Below, one piece after another: positions 36,721 through 46,800 of a stretch of DNA of 64,000 bases; the first letter of the stretch is position 1, and the number at the start of each line of letters is the position of its first letter. A program made the translations under genes and the position numbers. The DNA is from Vicugna vicugna (taxonomy: Eukaryota): assembly GCA_013265495.1 (NCBI GenBank), contig MU061748.1:24586103-24650102 (forward strand), written 5' to 3'. A model generated the notes under the pieces. That model had not been told where the DNA came from. It saw nothing but the letters and a program-made list of their open reading frames with translations, and made no database searches.

Positions 36721-39700
36721 AGGAGTGAATCTGATTTACTTTGAGTCAATGAAAGGAAAAATGAGGGAGTGTCTTGCTAATCCATGGGGATAAGGAAATC
36801 AAGTCTAAATCTCTATGTCCTAAATATTATTTCTATCTCTGATAACGAAGTTGGACAGCAGAATTTATCACGGGACTAAATCCTCCCCATTAGCAAAGGT
36901 GCTGTGATGCCTACAGAACATTCTGATGCTGCAGTCTCCCCACCCCTCCCACCCACAGAAGTGTGAATTCTGGTGTGTCTATTGTTTCCTCCAACATTAG
37001 GTCAGAGATTTTGTTTTATGTACACTTGGCATCCGTGACAGGGAAAGGTGCTTGTCTGGTTGATATGGGGGAAACTGGGACCTGTGATGGTGGTGGTGGA
37101 GGAATCCTTTGAAGCCACAATTTTGGGAGATCTTGTGTTCTTACACAACTGCTCTCTGTTGGCTCTCTTTTAAAAACATGCTACCTTTCAATTTTATCAT
37201 GAATGCCTTTCCAAGGACAGTAAATGGTTTTACACACTATGACATCGTTTCCATGGCAACTAATGTATTTTAGCAAAGAGAGAGACTCTGCTAGAAGTAG
37301 GCTAAAAAGGACAAATACAGAAATGGCACAGTGTAAAATGTGGGGCAATGTGTGTGGTAGTAAAGGTGGTTTTTTTTTTTTTTTCCTGACTTCTTGTTAG
37401 GAAAACCCGTATAACTAGATCTTGGCTTCTTAACTCTTACTAATAAATTTTTTACTGCACCCAACACTCTTTAGTATTTTGCTGACAGAGTTCCTTTAGT
37501 TGGTACTTGGATTTTTCATTTGTTTGCTTTAACATGTTGTTCATCCCATCAACGTACAAACATTTGTAAGTTCATCCACTTGTGAAGTACGCTGTCCTCA
37601 CCTCGAGTTCTCCTGGGGAAGCCCCCTCCCTTCTCTGCTGCCCTTGGTTGCATGCATTGCCTCTTGAAAGGGCTGTCTACACTACCTGTCTCTATAGTGC
37701 GTTTCTTAAAAAAATCAAAGCCATTCCAGACAAGCTCTCACCCACCATTCACTTCCATTGCTCACACCCTCGTCCTCTAAGGCTATTATAATTGACCTCT
37801 TGTGTTTTTAGAAGCTAAAATGTAGAAGTATTTATTTCAAATCATTCTACAAAACATCAAGCCCCATGTGTGAGCGTTTATGTAAACCCTGGTTTAAAAT
37901 ACGGGGTCGGGTTTACCCTGCTTTATGCATTTGAGTGTACTTGGATTTTTGTTGTTGTTGTATGGTAATAAAAACTCCCTTTACACTCTCAAATAAACCC
38001 CAAGTGGTGAGCAGATAGCAGTCAATTTCCTGTTTAATAGAAAGAGAAACGAAGGGATGAATCTTATGACTTAGGAAAATAGCAAACCAGTCTGTGGGCT
38101 GGATGATAACCTTCATTTATGTCTTGTTGAGCCACATGGTGCATTTTAAAAATTTAAACCAACATTTAAAAATTTGGGTAGTTTTGTATAAAAACTGAGA
38201 TTTCCAGCTTCCCTTGGGGAAAAAAAATTGGAAGGTCTGGCAAAACCAAGCCTGCCTTCTCTCCTGACAGCAGCCTGCCCAGGCAGTGTTGCAGCTGTCC
38301 TCTTGGGCTGGGGCCGGGCTCTTCAGCTCATCTAGCCCCATCTCACCTCCTTCATTCATTGGTTTTACCTGCCTGGCCCCTGTGGGTGGTTTAATATGGC
38401 ACTCTGCTGCACCCTCTCCTCTTACCAATCACAGAGAAAATGACTAGCAGGACTAGGAACAGAACTTGATTTCCAAGCCAACTGCTTCCTCCCTGGCTGT
38501 GGACCAAAATTCTGTGCTTTAGAGAGTAATTCATAGTGGTGAGAGGCATCATTAGGCGGTAGAGCCTATGCTTTGCACCTTACTGCTTGCAATAGACCCT
38601 GTAGTTCATTGTACCAGGTACATCGTTCGTATTTGGGGTGCCTCCCCTCTTCTCTGCCTCTCTCAGAACCGACAGCATGTGCCGTCAGTTGTGACGGGCA
38701 GGATGGAGGTGCTACACTGGTGTTAATATTTCTGTGTGCATAGAGACACTGGCCAGAATGGTGAAGCTCCATCATCATAACAGGGGTTCCAGAGTTTCCA
38801 GATTTTCCAGGAGGTGAATGAATATGTATATAAAAGAAATAAGAATGAAGTAGCAGAACAAAGTGTATCGCCATGGGCTGAGCCCCGTGAGGTCCTCCCA
38901 GTGTGGGAGACTCAAAGGTGTTCCCCAGCTACCTTTGCTGTCCTCTCCCAGACTAGCGCCTTCCCTCTGAATTCGTTCAGGGGTCCCCTTGATGTCAGTG
39001 TGCTGAAGGTGCCCTTGGGGGTGACATTGACTTGTTCCCGCGCAGTGCACTGCCCGGAGCCCCTCCCTGTTTTGAACGTGCACGATCACAGCACCTGTGC
39101 TAGGGGTGGGGTGAGATGGACGAGAGGGTTGCAGGTGCTGCCATCCCGGACCTTGTCAGCAGGTTCACCTCTGCAGGGAGACACAGGGGAATGAGCTCAT
39201 CTGGGGCCAGAATAAATAGCCAGAGGAAAAAGCGGTTTTTTCCCCTGGGGAAATGGGGCAGTGAGGACTACCCAACAACAAATGGCCTTGTCTGAGCGGG
39301 GTCCTGTCCCCTTGGGGCTGCTCCAGTTGTGGGACCCACGGGAGATCATGGTGACCCCGAGCGTGGACAGTCCCACACTCTGCATGGTGTGTCTGGAAAC
39401 AGCTGTGGGGGCCTCGGGGCACCCTCTGTGAGAGTGGGCCTGTTCCCGGGCTTCAGGCAGGGAGCCAGGGGCCCCCCTTCTCCAGGGAGCATTGAGGAGC
39501 TTCTGTGTGTGCTCTGTATGTGTCTCAGCTTTCTCTGGAATTGTGGCAGAGTCTGGCCCTGCCTGGTCTTTTTTGTGCCCTGGGTCCTAAGTTAAGAATA
39601 ATCGAAGGAACACTGCCCCTGTTGACACGCCTGATACGGGAGCTGCTATCAAATGGCTATTTTATCCTCAGTTGCCACTGACATCACACCACATACAGCT

Positions 39701-42700
39701 CTGAGTTCTCACTTTAGTTTTGTTTGAATAGAGCTGTGATCGTTGGAGCAGAAAGAAGCCATTCAGACGTGAATATGTGAAGACATGTCTAGTAACGTGC
39801 AGATGTTTTTTGGAAGGTCAATGAATATTTTAAATCTTTCGCAAGTAGTAAAAAGGTTTGAATTGGGAATAGAGGAGGTTCTGTGGAAGAGAAAAGTATG
39901 CCTCATTTCTCTCTCAATCTTCCAATTCTTAAAATAATCAAACAAAAACCCAAATCTTGGGTTCATTGTGGCCTTTCCTTTAATCTGTGCAAGATGTGAT
40001 TATGATTCTAATGTATTGAATCTTGGTTTTTCAGTCACATTTTTTAAATAAAAAGGAAGCACCAGGTAATGTTAAAAATAACAGCAGAATCTCCAGATTG
40101 GCTCTTTGTCATCTATTTATATCGAAAGACACAGGACTAAACTGAAAGGAGAGGTCATCTTCTGGTGTTATGTGTGTGTGTTGGGCGGGTGTGGGTGTAC
40201 CCGGGTTGATACACCCACCTTCCCCAGCACCCCCCACCCCCCAGCTCATACGTGCAGGAGACAGCAGGTCCGCCTGATTCAGAGCAGTTTCATTTCCTTC
40301 ATTTCCTTTGGACTTTTCTTCATTAGTCACCTTGCTACCGCCCCTTCACCCTTCACCTCTCCGCCCGCAGAAATGGCACATGTCCCTGTTGTGTTGCAGG
40401 CACTGTCCTCAGTGCCGTCCTGGCCATAGGCGAGCTGGCATTTGAGCAGGGGAGACAGGGAAACAGGTACTGCACCCAGTGATGTGGGAACATGGAGGAG
40501 AGGAAACCAGTTCTTCATAGAAGTGGGGCCAAAGGGGAACAAGAGCGAAAAGGTGATTTTGTCCTAGGCCCTGTAGGCCAATGAGAAAATTATACTTACC
40601 CAGCAGCAGAGTGGAGGAGAGTGGACTGACAATGCCAGTCCAGTGCCAGGAATATGCTGGGAGCTGTATCTGTTTTTCTGCCCTTTCCTGGGTCAGAGGC
40701 AGGTTGAAAACACACTGGAAAGTGCAGAAGTGTGTTCCTCTCTGGCTGATGTCTTAACTGGTGTGCCTGTCTCTCCCCATCTGGCCTCTGCCGTAGGTTC
40801 CCACCCTTCTCCCACCAGCCTCCTCCTGGAGCATGGCCAAGCCTCTTGCTGTTCTCCGAATGTGGCCAGTGCCTCTTTGTCATGTCTGCTTGTTCCTCTG
40901 ATGGTCCTGTCCTGTCACAAGGTGTGTGGTAGGTGCCTGTGGGAGTAGAAGATGCCCCCGGGCATTTGGAAATACGAGAGCAGTGGGGGTGGGAGGAATT
41001 GCTGTATCAAGAGGAGGCTTGATGTTGAGGGCTTCTCAGTGTTGTGTTTCTAGAGCTTTCTCTAAAAGTAAAATCTTTGTGTATCCCCCCAAAGATGGAT
41101 TTGAGGGGATATTAGTAGTGGGGAGTCATCCATTTTTGGCCTGGGCCTCATGCTTTGGCTTCCATTCCTGCAGCTGATCACAGGTCGGTAGCATTTATGG
41201 GTCCGCCTTTCCCAGTGGGGAATCTGGGTCACTTCAGTCACGTTCTCAAACAAAGCATCAGCAGTACTTTGGCAGGAAGAGTAAAAGCGTGGAATGTGCT
41301 CTACTGCCCACGAGCCCAAGGTTGAATACATGTATTTTGAAATAGCTATTTAAAATGTCTGTGTAACTACCTGTGCAGATCTGTATCTGTAAATACACAC
41401 ACATGCACATACATCTGGGGAGGGAGGTGTCTATCTTGCCTTAAGTGTTGGAAACTTAAAACTTGGATATTCCAATAATCCAGATTTAGAATAAAGTAAC
41501 AGAATAATTGGTCAGTTTTTTAAAAATTATCTTTTTAAGATACAGGAGTCATTTCAATACAATGTTACCTCTAGTTCACCTAAGCATTGGATTACCAAAA
41601 CTTATTTATTCTCAACTTTTCAGAAACAGCTTTTATTTAATAAACACAGACCTGGTTTTAAAAACAAATTGCTATTGTTCATTCTAAATGGGGTTGCCAT
41701 GTGAATTTTACTTTTAGGCAATTCTATTTCATCCGTCTATATCCTCTTTGAGACAATGGAGCTGGTACCTAAAAATATCTCAGGCTGTGTGTGCTTGCTG
41801 GGAGTCTTTGAAGTTAACGCTGTGACATCCTTCTGGTTTCTGGCTGCAGGATGATGCATATATGCATTGTCTTTGTTAATTAACTCCATCTGTCTAGTAA
41901 GCTTGACAAAGAGATTGGATGATGCTTCATACATGTACACATGGATAAGACTCCTTGTGTAGTAGTGAGCCAGCCACTGCATTCAGGGTTTCGATTATCC
42001 TGTTGGTACCAGTTGCTAAAGAGCTTGGAGTCAAGGCTCATTCTTTTAGAGCCTGTTGCTGAACTGGGTATCCTGTGCAGTTGCAGTTGTGCTGTATGCA
42101 TGAGAGAGGTGAGGTTTCCTCACTGCTTTGGGAAAGGGTAATGGTTCTCCAAGTGTTCTTTCTGTAGCAGATGAAGGAATCTTTCACCTTGCAAATTAGA
42201 ACATCCATTCTGTAATTCAGAATGACAGTCTCCCCAAACCTCTTTGGAAGTGTTCAAGAATGGAAGCCAGACTTCTGCTGTATAGATGTTCCCTTTGGTG
42301 AAAAGTGCTTGTGGTACTGAATTACTCTCTGCTGATTATAGAGAGGCCACTTGAAATTTCTGGACAGGGAGAATTCCCATTTTCTCCTTTTTACAGCTCA
42401 GTGGTGTCTAGATCCCCAGTGGGTGAACCAGAAGGAGAGGCATTTAATGCCTGGTGGCATATGGTGGGACAGGACAGCATGTCTCAGAAGCAAGAGAGAG
42501 GTGGGGGGATGTGAGTTGCCGAGGCACAGGCTGTAGCAGCATGCTCTTTAGCGCTCCCCCCTCCAGCCTCTGTGCTGCTCCTCATGCATGTCTGCAGTGA
42601 GTTCATGATTTGAATGCCCATCTGCAGAAGACAATATAGGAGTTTCTAATTCTCTTCCCCATGGTCATTTTTAATTCCCTTCATTCTGAGTCATCTTTGA

Positions 42701-43476
42701 TTAAACAAAACAAAGATATGACTGTTAATTATGCAGTCTTTCAAACAGCACAAAAATTCTCTTTTGTGTATGTGGGGGAGGGGCGGTTTTGATGGGGATG
42801 GTAATTTATGATGGGCGGTATTTTAAACCATGGACCAGGAAGAAAGATGCTAAGAGTCATCTTAGTTTGAGTCTCTGCTAAGATAGGAAAAATCGTTTCT
42901 CCTTTTTTTTCCTTCAGATTTCTCAAACTTTTCACTTTCTTCCCTAACATATTGTCAACATAATTTCATGTAACCATTTTTATTGTTCTCTTTTAGACAC
43001 CTTATTAAAACTGAAGCTTTGTTAAAGCAATTAAAATTACAAATAATAAATGAGGTACCATAATATTGGCAGGTTGTAGGCAGAGTGCATGAGCAAATTG
43101 GAGATCTGCCTGCTCCTGGCACTTTAAAAATTCATGTTGAAGTGGGCATGGGTGCCATCCGAGTCAGCATCAGCTGTGCCAGGGGCTTAACACAGGGTCT
43201 AAGGTGATCCTGGGGCCAGACTTCCATGGACAAGTTGTGCAGGCTGGTGAACTGGCAAGCCTCCCGGAGAGGGGAACCCCAGCTGATGGGAAAGCAAGGC
43301 CATCCCAGGAAGGCTGTTTTGACAGTGAGGCTCACCCACAGTCAGACAAGAAGTGGGGCAGATAGGGGCTGGGAACTAAGGGAGGATTTAAGCCGAGAGG
43401 TAAGTTGAACAAGACCTTGGAGACTCATTTTTCACGTGTCCCAACTATGGATGCCTTGTAGGCACCTGCAGAAGGG

Positions 43477-43508
43477 GTGTGTGTGTGTGTGTGCGCGCGC
43501 GCATGCAC
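43477..43508. repeat. (GT)n(GC)n ATGCAC alternating purine-pyrimidine tract
   Basis: 32 nt of unbroken R/Y alternation. Confidence 0.9.
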
Positions 43509-43775
43509 TCAAGACTTCCACCCCTATTTTTCCTGGCTCTGGAAAGTTCAGATCTCATGCTGGCTTCCTGTGGTGGTACAGGGCCAGGTCTTTCTTTGCA
43601 GTTGCAGTCAGGTGTTTGTGGCAACTGTGACTTCACAACAATTGTGTGAATGAGAAAAAAAATTGTGGGCAAATTGATTGCAGCAAATGAAAATTCTACG
43701 GTGGTGTTCTGTGGGTGGTTTACAGGCAAAGAGTGCTCAGTTCTCTTCTGATGTCTTTTTTTTTTTCTTTTACAG

Positions 43776-43815
43776 TTTTTTGAAGAAGCAGGATGCTGAT
43801 CTAGACGTGGAAAAA
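43776..43815 (+). other. FYN: FYN exon 2 (40-nt non-coding 5' UTR micro-exon)
   Basis: Long polypyrimidine tract plus TACAG| acceptor (AG at 43774-43775), a branch-like CTGAT at 43748-43752, and donor AAA|GTAAGT at 43816. The exon TTTTTTGAAGAAGCAGGATGCTGATCTAGACGTGGAAAAA matches the segment that follows exon 1 in the recalled human FYN mRNA. Confidence 0.92.
43793..43804 (+). other. uORF M-L-I-stop inside exon 2
   Basis: GCAGG-ATG CTG ATC TAG, with A at -3. Confidence 0.75.
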
Positions 43816-46800
43816 GTAAGTTGGCAAGTTTTGTACTGAGAGCACGTGACTTGTAAATTAGAAAGGGTTTCCCATGGGACCTAGGACTTGGTCCATTTTG
43901 AATTTGGGGTTGTGACTCTGAGCCCATAGGTTTCTAAGAGAGAGGCTGAGTTGCAAATGGAGCTGGTATATGAAATAAAAAGTCTTAGCTTACTTAGGGG
44001 AACCTGCTGTTTTCTCCCTTCCCTTATTTGTAACACTCGGTTTTGATAATTATGGGAACATACACTTGAGCTCTGGTCTCCCCCGCCCAGGAATAGAACA
44101 GAGCAGCTGTCCCGTGGCTGCTGCACCTTTGGGGGCTGATGAGGGATGGGCAGCCCTCCGTCTTCAGATGGGTTTAGGGAGGTGCCTTGTTCATTTGTTG
44201 TTGGTCTTCCCCGCTCTCAGATGGCTGCTGCTTTCCGCTGCCCTAGTTGTACCTTTGAATTGCAGTTACTGTGTAACATTTTTTTGGTGCCCCCTGGGTG
44301 TTACAAACCTTGCTGGACTCTGTTGAAACAAAAATGAATGTGACAGCTGAGTACACAGGTAATTATTACACAATATGTTAGAGCTGTGCAGGAGGGGCTG
44401 AGGGTGGAGGGGTCAGTGGATGGATGGATGGGGAGGGATGTGGAGGAACCATATTTTCATTCTTTCTTCAAACGTTTGCCAAGTCTTTTCCGCCTGTGTT
44501 TCTCTTGACTCCTTAAGCAGCCTTGGGTTTCTGTGAAAGGCTGGTCTTAGTCAGGTCTCACCAGTCACCCATAGGACCCCTTCCTGCCCGACTATGCTGC
44601 CCAGTCACGTTGCCTTGGGTGTAATTTTTCATTGGTTCCACCTTATCATCCTAAAATGACTTGGGTGTTATTTCTCACATTGAATTTATGTGTGAGAGAG
44701 GTTATTCTCCTGAACTAGAGCCATTCCGTCTGCAGACAATGCATCTTTGTTTTAAATTGGGGAAGTATACTATCTGAAACGTCGTTTGAGAACAATTATG
44801 GGCAACCCCTGACCTTTGACCCCATACAGCCCCCCCCCCCAGCTTCTGCAGAATGGTCTGTGATCTCCTTTCAGTCATGGCCTTTTCAGCTCCGACAAGC
44901 CAAGGGGACTCAGGGCAGTAAAAGGGCTCTAGGCAGGGCCAGGCAGAAGGGAGCCTTTGTAGAACCCCCCTGCACTTAGTCTTGGCTGTGGAAGCCAGGA
45001 GTCAGCAGAGGCAGTGCCTTTGGAGGAGAGCAGTGTCAGCCCTCCTGGGCCAGGCCCAGCACACAGCAGCTGGAGCTACCCCAGGGCGGTGTAGCCCAGG
45101 ACAACAGAACACCTGTCGGTGAGGTCTGGGGAAGGCCTTGTGCAGCCCAGGCCAAGGTGAATCCTGCAACCACAGGACAGGGAGGTCCAGCCTAGCGGGG
45201 ACATCTTTGTGTTCTGAACACAACCCAATGCCAGGCGGAGCAGAGGGCAAAGGGCTGGGGAGCCCTGAGTGGAATGAATTAAATTCTCCCTTCAGCTCTG
45301 CTGTTAACTTGCCGTAAGACCTTAGGCAGATCTTGTCTCCTCTCTGGGCCTCATTTTTCTCATCAGTAAAGTGGTCTCTTTTCCAGGACCGAGTAAAATT
45401 CTTCATTTTTCCACTTAAAAACACGAAACAACTGCTTTTTTTTCACTTTGCGACTTGAGCCTTGTATCAGAAAGGAAAAAGGGCTGTTGGCCACAGTCTC
45501 AAGAAAACTTACTGAGGAGGCCCGGTGGGGGCTGTGAGCGCCTGGCAGGTGGGGCCTCGTCGGTTCTACCTCCAGGTTCAGCGCTGGCGCAGTGAGTGTC
45601 TGACTGGGCAGTGAACCATGTGACCCACCCTGTCGTGTGGGTTGGGTGTTTGTCAGTGCTAAGGGAGGTCAGAATAAACGAAGCTAAATGTTGGGTAAGA
45701 ATGCTTCTTGGGCTGCGTGAGTTGGCGCTGCCCCTCAAGGGCTCTGCCTGCACCCTCTCTGTCAAGTAGTTAATGACCTGAAACACACTTAACTGCCCCA
45801 GGGGAGTTCACTATGTTAAAAGCTCTAATTCAAAAGCTCCTGTTCCAGAATCTCTTTCTAATGCTCAGAGAAGGCTGTTGAGTACAGATGTACCAACTGT
45901 TCTCTTTGCCTGTTTATGTATCTGCCAAAAAGAATCGAGTCCAGGGTACGCCTCCATTGTTTAAGTAAACGATGCCTGTTAGCCAACCCGAGTGAAGAAA
46001 AACCACTGATGTCATGGTGTGTTTTTTTTTGCTAATGGATTTTTGAGTTTTCTCTTTCAGTTGAACATTTTTGTAAAGACAGAACTATGAAAGGAAAATT
46101 AGCTTAATTTTGACATGTCAAAGCTCAAAGATAAATCAGCATACCTTCTGTAATTATTAATTATTGTCTATAGTTTGTTGGACTTCCATATATACTGAGT
46201 GCTTTTATATGTGTCACACTTGTTACAACAGCCTTGTGAGGAGACCGTGTCCCTGACCATGAGTTGCTCAAGGCACCACAGTAGTGACAGCAAGGATTCT
46301 AATCATATCTGTCTGGTCCAGAGCCTTGTCTTTCCCATACCCCATCCTACCATGGAATTGATACAATATTTGAGACAGTATATTTGTTGCCTTTTAAAGA
46401 AATTTTTTGAGTTAATAATAAGAAAAAGCAATGCTGCTTTCTAGAGAGGTCTTCCTTGACACTTTCCCTCCCAACCCGGGTGGGGTTGCCCTACTACCAA
46501 GCACTTCTTCAAAACTTCCATTGCTCTTGTAGAGTTATTTGTACAATGGCCGTCTAACATCTGTGTTAGATGTCTAACATTGAAATGTAAGCTTTGTCAG
46601 GTCTGAATCCTTCGTGTGCTAGGCCTGGAGCCTGCCCCTAGTGTGCCCTCTTAAAATGTTGAATGCCGCATGATCAAACTGGGGGGTAGTGCGAACCAAT
46701 GAAAGCCACCTTAGTAGGTAGAAAAGTAGAAAACCTTACTGTTTACCCCAGAAATATTTCTCTTCTCCATCTGCGGGTTTTATCTGTGGAAACCATGCTT

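Larger units (their letters stand above)
17780..43775 (+). other. FYN: FYN intron 1 (25,996 nt, GT-AG)
   Basis: Bounded by the donor at 17780 and the acceptor at 43775. The length agrees with the ~26 kb I recall for human FYN intron 1. Confidence 0.88.

Noticed and set aside
40591-40599. ATACTTACC, matching the U1 snRNA 5' end
   Set aside because: Only 9 nt match and no U1 body follows; it is simply the reverse of a splice-donor consensus.
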